Source: Priapulus caudatus
Lineage: Eukaryota
Length of the DNA: 64,000 bases
NCBI RefSeq assembly: GCF_000485595.1
Contig: NW_014577061.1
Coordinates: forward strand, 223,455-287,454
Direction: 5' to 3'
Part shown: piece by piece, positions 14,610-27,600 of the stretch
Layout: each line of letters starts with the position of its first letter
How positions within the stretch are numbered: position 1 is the stretch's first letter
Position numbers and translations under genes: made by a program
Notes under the pieces: generated by a model
What the model was told of the DNA's origin: nothing
What the model saw: the letters and a program-made list of their open reading frames with translations, nothing else
Database searches by the model: none

Positions 14610-15545
14610 TGNNNNNNNNNNNNNNNNNNNNNNNNNNNNNNNNNNNNNNNNNNNNNNNNNNNNNNNNNNNNNNNNNNNNNNNNNNNNNNNNNNNNNNNNN
14701 NNNNNNNNNNNNNNNNNNNNNNNNNNNNNNNNNNNNNNNNNNNNNNNNNNNNNNNNNNNNNNNNNNNNNNNNNNNNNNNNNNNNNNNNNNNNNNNNNNNN
14801 NNNNNNNNNNNNNNNNNNNNNNNNNNNNNNNNNNNNNNNNNNNNNNNNNNNNNNNNNNNNNNNTCGCCACCGACTTTTTGCTTGACAAAGTCCTCAACTG
14901 ACAAGGTTGGTTGCGCCAGTTAATTTAGGTCTCTCTCACGTAGGCGGTCCGCCCACTGACTTAAAGAACAGGCTCAGTCGTCAAGCTTCTCCATTTTGAG
15001 TCCCGGCGGAACTTGGTGGAAGAAACTGGCGGCGATGGTTTCGATGGACCTCGATCGCTTGAGAAATTAACACCCTCCAAATCACCCCCCCCCCTCACTG
15101 TAGTGCGGGCCCGCCTCAATCCGATTTCTGTAGTGATCTTTCTTCGCCGCAGGATCAACGATTTTTTAATTGGTGTTTGATTTGGCGGTCAATCAGGCAT
15201 TCGTCCTTCCTTCTCATCATGTCGCGCTGCTGGATTGTGTGCAGGATGTCCTCAGACATCCAGGCTCCTGGCAAGGCTTCTTGACCCCTTCTTCCACCAG
15301 AGGGGCATGTTCGTCGATAACGGATTGCCAGAAGCAAATCACCAATCGGCGAAGGAAGCATCTTCAGGGTTGTCGTCGATCGAGTCTAACCCAAGGTCCC
15401 AGCTCAGGCCAAGTCGCGTATGAATGCATCTGAGTCCATGTTCTTGACTCTACGGTATTGACTACACGGGCGCACGCACGCACGCACGCACGCACGAACG
15501 GCCACGTACGCACGGGTCACGCACACACACACACACAGCACACAC

Positions 15546-15585
<40 letters not shown>

Positions 15586-18500
15586 TTTGAAGATCGCATT
15601 TACACACATGCACATCAACATGTTATGCATCTCGGCCGAGATATTTTATGAACAAATTGCTCGCCGTGCACAAAGCATATCCTCAAACCCCCGTGCATAT
15701 CTATTACTCTGATGAAATAATGAAAATGGAAGCCATTGCATATTTTAACTGCATTTGCCGAGCATTCTGCTCTACACAAAGAGACCTCTGGAATACTATG
15801 CGAGCTTTGCACATTATAAAGATCAAATAGTTGAGACGATAATGAGCAGGCATGCCTTCTGGACATTCGGTATTTCTTAATGATTCTACCAGGAGTACGA
15901 AGCCTTAAATAGCAACTACATTAATATTAGGCCTAATTGTCGCCTGTAAACAACTGTTCCTGTGCGTATAGATTTCTGCGTAGATCTGCAGGAATTAGGG
16001 CCCATACAGCTAGAAGCTAGATACTACGACAAAGATCAAGGATTTCCACACACCATGGCAAAGGTAAAAAATATGCCATAGTTTCAGTCGCCACCTGAAC
16101 GCGGCCACATACTTTAATTTCCTGACGATGTTGGATGAGTGTCTAACCTGTACCTGCTCTAAACTAAGTGATGCCAGACCAAGATTAAGTGAGAGCGAGC
16201 AGAAGACAGACGGCTTCACCTAATGTCACACACAACAGCCACAGCGCAAGCAGCGCACGCACGCTCGCACGCGACGCAACGCAACGCACGCACGCACGGC
16301 ACGCTCGCGAGCACGCCGCCCGGGATCACGCATCGCACGCGCGCACGCCTCGCTCGCACCGCGCGCACGCACGGCACGGTCGCACGCGACGCACGCACCA
16401 GCACGCAACGCACAGCCAACGACTTTGTCAAGCAAAAAGTCGGTGCTGACACTTGTTTTAGTATTCCGGCCATACCTACTAATTTTGTAAGTCAGTATCT
16501 CACCGACCTTGACACTGGTAAGGCCGTTGGATTAGATGGAATAGATGCGCGTTTTCTTAAACTCGGATCACATGTCTTAGCTACCTCATTGGCAAAAGTG
16601 TTAAATATGTGTATTTCAAAAAATTGTTTCCCGTCCGAGTGGAAAGTCGCTAAAGTATATACCTTATTCAAAACTGGGTCGACTTCTGACATGAACAATT
16701 TTAGGCCTATATCTGTCTTACGTATCCTGAGCAAGCTCCTTGAAAGACATGTGCATGATTATTTATACTCATTTTTACAACAGCACAATCTCTTATCCAA
16801 GTATCAATCTGGCTTTATGAAAGACTTCTCCTGTGAGTCTGCTCTCATCAACCTCACTAACATTTTTTACAAATGCATCTACTCAGCTGAACATATTTTA
16901 TCTGGAGTTATCCTACTTGATTTTCGTAAAGCCTTTGATCTCGTTGATCACTCTCTCTCTTACTTAAAAAGCTGACAATTTATAGATGTGATGATGCAGC
17001 AATGAAATTCTTCGAGAGTTTTTTATCTAACAGATACTCATAAGTATTTTTAATGGGTCATTATCAGCTGAAGTGCCCATATCCGTTGGTGTCCCGCAAG
17101 GTTCTATTTTGGGGCCCTTCTTTTTTATTATGTTTATAAATGACATGCCCCTGCACATTAACAATGCCAGTATTCATATGTATGCTGACGACTCCACCGT
17201 TGTTGTTACTAACAAATATTTACCTAACCTGGAACAGCGTCTAAATAACAATATGGAGGAAGTTCGTGAGTGGTGTTCTAAAAACAAAATGGTCATCAAT
17301 CCATCGAAGACCAAAACCATGGTGGTCACTTCCAGACAGAAGCGTTCTACGCTTCCATCCGCGGTACTCTATACTGTCTATGATGGCTCTGTTCTTCCCA
17401 CCACGTCGAGTGAGAAAATTTTAGGTATCCATGTTGATGATAATCTCACGTTTGAAGAACACATAATGAACGTGTGTGCCAAGATCTCAAAAAAGCTGGC
17501 ACTGTTTTGGCGGATCAGGAAATTTATCGACCATGATTCCTGCCTGAAGTTTTACTTTGGCTTTGTTTTGCCTGATATTGATTATGGTATTGTTGTGTGG
17601 GGAAATGCCAAGAGTTATATTGACAAAGTTTTTAACCTGCAGAAACGTTTTGCGCGATTGATTATTAACATTCGTAGATCCTTCAGCACGCGCGCCACTG
17701 AAGAAATCTTTTTCGCAGCTAGTTTTATGACTGTTCGCCAACGTTTTTATTACCATCTATCTCTTTTAACTTTACAAATTATTTACGTAAGCAAGGGCAC
17801 CTGCCTATCTTGACGGTTTTTTTTACTTTTAAACATGAAGCTGAGCTCCAGAATGGACGCGTTGCTGTGTGTGTAGATGAGCGCGTTTGTATCCGCCCCG
17901 TCACCACTGCAAATGATACGAAAATCTTTTCGCCGTGTGCAGCGGCATCTCGAAATGGAATAAATTTACTCCTTGAAAGTTCGAGACGCCCCCCCCCATT
18001 TCTATCTTTTAACAGTCCGTCTAGAAGAAAATCTTGCCCAATAGGCCAGTGGTTTGCTCTAGTTAACCCGGATAATTTTAGTCAGCTATTTCAACTCTGG
18101 ATTGTGTATTTCATTTAATATTTTAAGCCGTTCTGTTGCTTGTGAGACGGCCATGTGGAAGATAGCTGTGCCGCGCCCAATTCATTGTGCACTACCTAAC
18201 ATGTTTTACCTGTCCGTTTTATAATAAAGTTTTACTTACTTACTACGCGGCGTTGTGTGTGTCGTGTGTGCTGTGTGGTGTGTGTGTGTGTGTGTCGCGC
18301 GAGACGCACGCGCGTACCGTGTGGTGTGTGTGTGTGTTGTGTGTGTGTGCGCCGCCGCGTGCGTCGCGTGCTGAGCCCGTGTGTGTTTAGTGTGGTGTGA
18401 CGATGTGTGTGTGTGTGTGCTGTGTGGCTCTGTGTGCGCGGCGGCGCGGTGCGTTCGCAAGTGCGTGCATGAGGCCCGTGTGTGTTGTGTGTGTGCTGTG

Positions 18501-19411
18501 ATGTGTGTGTGTGGTGTCTGTGTGTGTTGCGTGCCCGTGTGCGTGTGTGTGTGTGCGCGCGTATGTGTGTGTGTTAGGGTGTGCTGTGTGTGTCGTGCGT
18601 GTGTGTGCGCGGCGGCGATTGTGTGTGTGGTGTGTGTGTGTGTGTGTGTGTAGCGTGCGTTGCGCGCTGATATGTACTCCCGTGCGCGGTACGACCATAA
18701 CAAAAAATCTATAAAGCTTTGCGAATAAAGAATAATTGCAATTTATGTGAGCATCATGCGCATGCATGTTTATAGCTATGAAATATATATGCAGTATGAA
18801 TAACGACGCTCGCGTTTATGTGTATCTAGGTTTCGCCCACCCTCGCCACGTAAATATAGAATGGCTTCAGCTGACTGTTCAGGCCGTATGAACGCTCCGC
18901 TGGCCTACAGTTTACGTCTGCGAAGTGGCCTTGGCGATCGCAATACCCTGCTAGCGTGGGTCATTCTTGTCCGGAAAACCTAGATGCCTCAGAAGTGCGT
19001 ATAATGCCTGCCTGCGCGTCTAAGCGTTCGAGCCGATTGCTGCGACTTAATCAAAAATAGGAGTCAGTTGGCGGCCGGACGTCTTGCGCGAGTGTTAGTG
19101 ATAAGGAAAAAAGAGCGTTTTATGTAGCACGAATACGCGAATGTTTTACTTTGATTTTCGTGAATAAGATAATATTTTCTCTTTTCGTTCTGTTGAAAAT
19201 TCAGTTATTGAATTAACGCCGCTCTTGTGTAGCATCTCATGTTCCTTTGATGTGAGTACACGACATTCGTTGTTTCTACTTCAGTGCAAAATAGTCATAC
19301 GTCTCTGAACAGGGTGGAATATGCATGATATAAAAATCACGAACGCTCCGCGTGTCATATCTTACAGCACGAGTAAGCAGCTTTACCTACACTGTTAATA
19401 TTCGCTGATTA

Positions 19412-19453
<42 letters not shown>

Positions 19454-21504
19454 TGTGTTGTGTGTGTGTGTGTGTGTGTGTGTGTTGTGTGTGTGTGGCG
19501 TGTGTGTGTGTGTGGGCTGTGTCGGGGCGCGCGCGTGGTGCGTGTGCGTGTGCGCGTATGGCGTGCGTGCGTGTCGCGTGCGGGCGGGCGTACGTGCGTG
19601 GCATGTGTTTCGTGCGTGCGTACGTGCGTGTGTGACGTGCGTCTGCGAACAGCGTGGGCGTGCGTGCGTGCGTGGGGGGGATTCAGAAATGACATCGTCG
19701 GGTCAGAACTGGAAGTCCATGGTAAACGATATGGAATGCGAAATACGCGAATCTCTTCCTAACTTAAGTAACTTAACTTAGATTAAAATATCGCCGTCGA
19801 GGAAACACTGGAATTGCGGTATACATCTCGGCCGAAGTTCTCGGCCTCCGGAATATCGCGTCAGCGAGCAAAATGCGTCGTCAGCGCGAAAATCAAGATC
19901 ACCGTTAAAAACGAACTAGTTCAAATGGCGGAGTGGCAATGTTTTTTCTGTTGAAAACTTCTCAAAACAAACTCGCAACAAATAACTTCACTTAGCCAAC
20001 TCGCGACTGGGCAAAAATGTGGCTCATGCGGCGTGGCGCAACCGCAGCATCGTGACTGGGTCAGGGTTAGCAGTTCGAGCAGCAATATAGAGCCGGTCGT
20101 ACAGCGAACTATCACTGTGGAGTGTTGCTATTACACGGGCGTGGAGGGACAATTCAGTTCGCGACTTCAAGGTCCAAATCTTCCACAGAAAGATTCCACA
20201 GTCATACTTCCGTGCTAGACATGGCCTTATATCCCTAACCCTAACTCTAACCCTAACCCTAATCCTAATCCTAACCCTAATCCTAACACTATAGTGCTGC
20301 TACGTTGCGGTACTGTCCCTCCACGCCCGGGGATTAGCATTTCCCATCACTGTGAGTGAGAGCATAAGCAAGAGAAGGCTGCAATACTCGGAGCCGCTTA
20401 AATTTATATTCGCTGATCATCAGACTCACTCCCATAAACTCTTTTAATGTTTACAATTTCCAGAGACGGAGCACGGTCTACGCAAATGATTAAAACGGCG
20501 ACTAAATCACGCAATTTATGATATATTCGTCAGCGGTGAATTTTAATTTTATGGTCATCGCGAGAAATTGGAACTATATATGCAATTTATTTTGACAGTC
20601 ATGAAACGCTCATAACCCGTCTATACATATCGTGAACAGATAAGTGGTGGTTGTAATATATGCAATTCTGCAGCGTCGTTTGCATATAATTACTGAATGT
20701 TTAGCTACTGTAACCCTACTTGAAGTGAGCGATTGATGTCATGATAATTGACTTGCCTGACAAGGTTACCGCGATTGTGAAACTGCCATTTTTAGTTCGC
20801 ATCGTTATATACCTCGTGGTTGTCACAGTTATACGTATGATGTATTATTTCAGGCATGATGTAATTTTGTAAGTGATGATTTCTTTCTTACCTGTGATGG
20901 CGATGTAATAGACACCTACCGGTAACGAGCATGAATGAGACAGGCACGGTGATGATTGAAACAGGATAGCGGTTGGTTATGAATGGTCATAATCAAACGC
21001 TCGCAAGAATGCAAACGTTACCTGCACCGAAATTCTGCTAATGTTGAGAACTGTTGGGTTGGTCGATAGTCAGCAGTGTAGGTCGACCGCATCTTGGTTG
21101 GCTGCACAAGCTGCAATCTTTTCGTAATTCACATATAACAATCAATGTTAATTAATGTGATTGTGAAATATTATGTATAAATTGGCGTTGGGATTCGCCG
21201 TTACCTTCGAAAATACGTGCGTGCGTGCGTGCGTGCGTATATATCACCGTGTCTTACTCATCCTTATACATTAATTACGCTAAATATAGGTGTTGCCCTG
21301 TGACGTTGTTGCTATGAGAACGTAGTATGTGCATGCGGTGCTTACTTGTTTATCCTTCATTCACGATTCAGACACGGCCAATGAGCGGCATGAGCATGAT
21401 AAGGAGCGCGAGGAACGGAAAATGTCCTCCAGTCCAGGTAATGAATGACAGCGGCTGAGAAGGAGACGCATCAACGGCCACATTAGCGCATTGAGCCTCT
21501 CTCT

Positions 21505-21582
<78 letters not shown>

Positions 21583-21724
21583 TCTTTCTTTCTCTTTCTC
21601 CTTCTCTCCCTCTCTCTGTCTCTCTCTTTCTTTCTCTTTCCTTCTCTTTCTTTCTCTTTCTTTCTCTCTTTCTTTTTTTTTATTTCGCTCTATCTCTCTC
21701 TATCTTTATTTCTCTATCTTTATT

Positions 21725-21771
<47 letters not shown>

Positions 21772-22982
21772 ATCTCTCTCTCTCTCTATCTTTCTTTCTC
21801 TATCAGCCAGTAGATGGCGATGTTGTCCTAACCTGCCTACGTTGTAGCTGAGTTGACGCGGGGTGTCCTATAGTCAAGCCAGATCACGGGAGATCATAAG
21901 ATAAACACGTATGTTAATAAGTAAACTCAATAAATATGTCGTAGGTTAAAATTTACATTTCCACGGCAACAATATAACTATAAGATATTGGCATTCAAAT
22001 TAAGCAATTTCCCCAGTTCTCGCCTGATTCAGTTCCCGATTTGTTATTATAGATAGCATTAAGTTTACATTTATTTCCCCATAAATGCCAGCATATATCA
22101 GCTATGCTGGTTTATGGCTGAGGAAAGATATAGGCAGTTCTATGCAAATTGCAATCTCATTTCAATCACCAGCTATATTAGTCATCAGTGCGTAAATGTG
22201 CCGTGTATTTCCAGTAGGCGCGATCAAGGGCTGATGTCTAGACAGTATTATGTTTCAGCATTTTCTAAGTGGCAACTCCCCAATAAAAGGCAGCATTTGC
22301 CACTCACATGAGCGCCGTCAGAGCTGCGAAGTTTCACTGGCGGGGGGTCTGCGGGCTCCCCCAGGAAATTCCAAAATTTCAAGGGTCCCTGCTCAGCAAA
22401 TGAGCATACCATTTGAGGCACTTACATTTAGTCAAGCAAGCAATCAGCTAAAAACCATATTGGAATTTTATTTTTCTGCTTCATTTTGCCTGCGCCTTTT
22501 GCATACCAGCTAACTTAATGCAGAATAGAATTCTTTTATAGCACCTTCCTTTCTTTTTCAGTATATGCAAGAGCTAGTTTGTTTACCATTGTAACAATTT
22601 TGATTTGCCCTTCAATGTCCTGTCTAATTAATCAGAAGAAATAAATAAACAAATAAAGAATATAGCTCTATTTAATTCCATCAAATTGTTTTCAGTTTTT
22701 GTATTTTTTTCTGCTAATTCTCGACAGGGCACTTTGAAAATCTATGACCCGTATTTCCGATACGGGCAAATACGGTCTGATCCGAACTGCCGGTAATACG
22801 TGGGCAATGGCATCGTCAGGCATTTTCGACACATTGGCTATTACTACGAACTTCCTCGCATCGCATACAAGTCAGTATCCGACCGCTAAATATGATGAGA
22901 GAGAGAGAGAGAGACGAGAGAGTAGAAGAGAGAGAGAGAGATGAGATGAGAGACAGAGAAGAGATGATTGAGTAGAGAGACG

Positions 22983-23030
<48 letters not shown>

Positions 23031-23274
23031 AGTGCATATAGACGTGGCGGAGAGATGTGCGCACAAGAAATAACGAAAACAGAACAATATACCAGCGAGA
23101 CAAATATATGGGACGTTGTGCACGCAGGCACGCGCGCACGCAGGACTACGCTGCGCTACGCAGGGCACCAAAACACTCTTCACAAACACACAGCGCTCGT
23201 TCGCGACCAGCGGAGGCGATAAAAAGAGGAAATATATATGACGAGCAGGGCGGAAGATAGGTAAGAGTCGGAGC

Positions 23275-23307
<33 letters not shown>

Positions 23308-23715
23308 CAGATAGAGAGAAGAGAGATGAGAGAGAGAGACGAGAAGAGAGAGAGAGAGAGAGAGAGGAGAGATAGCAGAGAGAAGGAGAGAGAAAGGGGA
23401 GAAAGAGGATGAGAAGAGATTGTAGAGTAAGAGATAATAGAANNNNNNNNNNNNNNNNNNNNNNNNNAGAGGAGAGAGAACGAATGAGAGAGAGAGAGAG
23501 AGAGAGAAAAGACGAGAGAGGAGGAGAGAACCAGAGGGAGAGAGAGAGAGGGAGCACGAGAGAGGAAGAGAGAGACGAGAGATGAGAGGGCATGGAGAGA
23601 GAGAGGAGAGAGAGAGAGACAGGAGAGAGAGACGAGGAGAGAGAGGAGAGAGAGAGGAGAGAGAGAGAGAGAAGAGAGAGAGAGACAGAGAAGAGAGCAG
23701 AGAGAGAGACAGAGA

Positions 23716-23778
<63 letters not shown>

Positions 23779-24572
23779 TGAGGGAGAGAGAGATAGAGAG
23801 AATGAGACAGAGAAAAGAGGGAGAGCACCAGAGAGTGATAGGAAGGATAAGCTTAGCATAGACGTTCAGATGAAAGCAGTAGAGGAATATTCTCATATCA
23901 AACAAAAGAATAGCTACCAACGAAAAGGACGTGTGAATAAAATGTTAATATACCAGTTAACACCACGTTTGCAAATGTACAGCCATTTACATATGTTAAC
24001 TGACAGACGTATATGGTTAACAATTGTGACCAATATCGGATAAACAAGAGGAATTGTAGCACAGATAATACATGACAAAACTTTCGCTTCGTCTCCCATA
24101 TACGTTAATATAACAATGAGTTTAGTAGCAGTGGGTTAGTTAGGCTGAGAGAGAGGGTCTATGTCCCCCGGGGTACTGCCGGAACGTACCTGCGTGTTAC
24201 GGTCCGATACCGGAACGTACCCTGGTACTATCTAATATGCCGGACCGTATCCTCGCCTACTCCACTAACGAGTCATAAGTCGCCTCGTCCTACTCCTAGC
24301 CCGAACCCGAACCCTAACCCTAATCCAACCCTAACTTAACCCCTAATCCTAACCCTAACCCATATCAAAATGACCAGGTTACGTATTCCGGCAGCAGTAC
24401 CTGGGACATAGACCCTATGAGCGTTAGTTAGGAGAATCAACACATGCCGAATCACGCGTAACACACATAATTTCACATAATCACACACACACACACATTT
24501 CCTTTCTATACTCGTATTTAAGCCACAAATGTTAATCGCCATGCGAAACAGTCTTTAAAATCAGCTTAGCTA

Positions 24573-24603
<31 letters not shown>

Positions 24604-27600
24604 CTGGCTTCCAAGAATCTATAACGTAGACTCGTATCGCTATCGGGTGTACGGGGGAAGACAAGGGGGCAATTGCCACCCAAACCAATGTAGTTATTAT
24701 TATATTGTCATATGAATTGCGAACAGTATGTTGGCCTACGGTCAACTGCCAACAACTCAAACCGCACGTGACATTGCATCGACCCAAGGAAAAAATGAGC
24801 TAGCTACGTCCCCGATATATAAAATAACCAAGTCTATAGGTGTTAGTGCCGATAGCATGGCAGTCAACGAATGAATAGTCTAGAATAGTAGTGATTCACA
24901 GTATCTATCAGCGACGAATGCTATAGTAATTATTACTAACTCTACGAAACGCCGCCAATAACGACAATTGACGAGGAAGATCACGCGTGAAATCAATCGT
25001 GGTACAACATTTCCACGGCAACAATATAACTATAGAATTGCATTCAAATTAAGCAACCACCAGCCGCCTATCAGCCGATTTGTTATTATAGATAGCATTA
25101 AGTTTACATTTATTTCCCCATAAATGCCAGCAAACAGCATGCTGGTTAGGCTGAGGAAAGATATAGGCAGTTCTAGCAATGCAACCATTTCAATCACCAG
25201 CAATAGTCATAGCGAAATGTGCCGGTATCAGAGGCGGATCAAGGGCTGAGGCTAGACAGTATTTGTTCAGATTTTAAGGCATCCCCGCAAAAAAGCACAC
25301 CACCCACAGTGAGCGCGTCAAGACGCGAAGCACATGGCGCGGTCTGCGGCCTCCGCCAGGAAACTTTCAAAAATTCAAAGGGTCCCTGGGCACAAAATGT
25401 AGCACCATTTGAGCACACATTTAGTCAAGGCAGCAATATGCTAAAAACCATATGGAATTTATATATTTCTTGCCTTCATTTTGCACCTGCCTTTGGCATA
25501 CCATGCAATTAATGGCCAGACTGATCAGACACTGTTCCCTTCTTTTCAGCACCCTATCAAAAGTAGTCTTCGTTACCATGGTGTAACAATTTCTGCATTC
25601 CTTCAAAGTCCTGTCAAGATGCAGGCAATGAACAAGAAAAAAAACAAATAAAGAATAGTAAGCATAATTCAGATCAAATTGTTTTCTGTTTTGTATTTTC
25701 TGTAAATTTCGAAGGGCACGTGTTGAAATCTGACCAGTATTTCCTCTGATACCGGCAAATACGTCTGGAATCCGCATACCCGGGCGGTATAGCGTGCACT
25801 AGATCGTCACATCGACACACTGGCCAACTACACTTCATGGCATCGCCATACAGTCAGTTATCCGACCGCTAAATACGAGAGAGAGGAGAGGAGAGAGAGA
25901 GGAGATGAGAGACGGAGCAGAGAGACGAGGATAGGAGAGAGAGATAGAGGAGAAAAGAGCAGAAGAGAGAGACGAGAGATGGGTAGAGAGAGAGAGAGAG
26001 AGAGAGGAGAGAGATGAGAGATGAGAGAGTACCCGTCCTGCATAAGAGTGGGAGAGAGTGTCGCACAAGGAAAAAGGGAAACAGAACAAGCATACCAGCG
26101 AGACAAATATATGGATGGCACGCAGGCACGCGCGCCGCACGCTAGGCACGCGCGCACGCCAGGCACAAACCTTCACAAACACACAAGCGCTCGTCGCGAC
26201 ATGAGGCCCGATAAAAAGAGAGAAATATCGGTATGAGCAGGGGGAAAGATAGAAGAGTGGGAGGCAGAGAGGAGAGAGAGAGAGAGGAGACAGAGAGGAG
26301 AGCAGAGAGAGGGAGAGAGAGAGAAGAGATAGCAGAGAGGAGAGAGAAAGCAGAAAGAGACTGAGAAGAGAAAGAGAAAGAGAAATAGAAGAGAAGAAGA
26401 TAGAGAGAGAGAGCAGAGATACAGAAAGAGAGACGAGAGAGAAGAGATCTGAGAGGAAAGAGAGAGAGAGAGACGAGAGAGAGAAGAGAGAGGAGAAAGA
26501 TCGAGCAGAAATAGATTAGAGAAATAAAGATAGGAGAGATAGCCAGGCGAATAAAAAAAGAAAGAGAGATAGAAGAGAAAGAAAGAAGGAAAGAGAAATC
26601 GCTCTGTCGTCCACCATGTCGCTCGTCCGTGCGTTATTTCTCAAGTTGATTCGGATTTGAGTAATGACACTGCATTCGCTCTCTCGTCATATCAATGATA
26701 GCGAGTAGTTATCAATCTATCAACTCATGGTGGCCACGACCTCTTACCTTGAACAGACGTTTGATAAGATATGATGTTGATGAGAGAGATGATAGAGGTG
26801 TATGAGGATAGATGTTGAAGAGATATAATGATAATATTATCTTCTTCTAACCTTTCATATCGGCATCGGCCGCGGTTGAAAGGTTCTGCCTTTTCTAAAA
26901 GATCGATGTTATGATGTCTAGTACTCGCTTGTTATGATGTTATGCCGTACTCGCTTGGCGTTCTGTAGCCACCTGGGTTTAGCCTCTCCTACTAATCAGT
27001 TTTCATTTTCCTCCCAGATACGTTCGGGTCGGAGAGGCGATCACATGTTGACATCAGCAACATTGATTATGCTCATCAGTTTCTCATTAGCACATTCAAG
27101 AAAGCAACGTTTTGCGACTATTGTAAAGATGTCATGAGAGGTAAGATGAGATAGCGACAAGAGTGTATAATATAGAGATCTCTATAATAGATCTCTTTAT
27201 TAGGTCTCTATATTAGATAGAGATCTAGCTCTATGTTATTTTCTATATTAAATCTCTATATTAGATCTCTATATTAGGTGGAGATCTTTATATTAGATCT
27301 CTATATTAAATATCTATATTAGATAGAGATCTCTATATTAGATCTCTATATTAGATAAAGATCTCTATATTAGATCTCTATATACGATCTCTATATAGAG
27401 ATCTCGATAGTATACACTCCTGATAGCGATCGATGGGTGGCTGTGATAAATAAATGATAGCCGGGGTTGTGAACCGGTTGAGTCGTACTAATATAACCAT
27501 GTATCCAGCGTGATGATGGCTACTATATTTTATCTGCTTTTTTATGCGAGTTGTAAATTTGTACAAAACCCTGCCAACGTTGAGTATGTCGGCGTACACG

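Noticed and set aside
16421..18245. Active or domesticated reverse transcriptase
   Set aside because: It is 5'-truncated with no endonuclease motifs seen, and has stops and frameshifts within the RT.
20233..24361. (CCCTAA)n as a telomere or chromosome fusion site
   Set aside because: The tracts are short, degenerate and enclosed in TIR/TSD-bounded elements.
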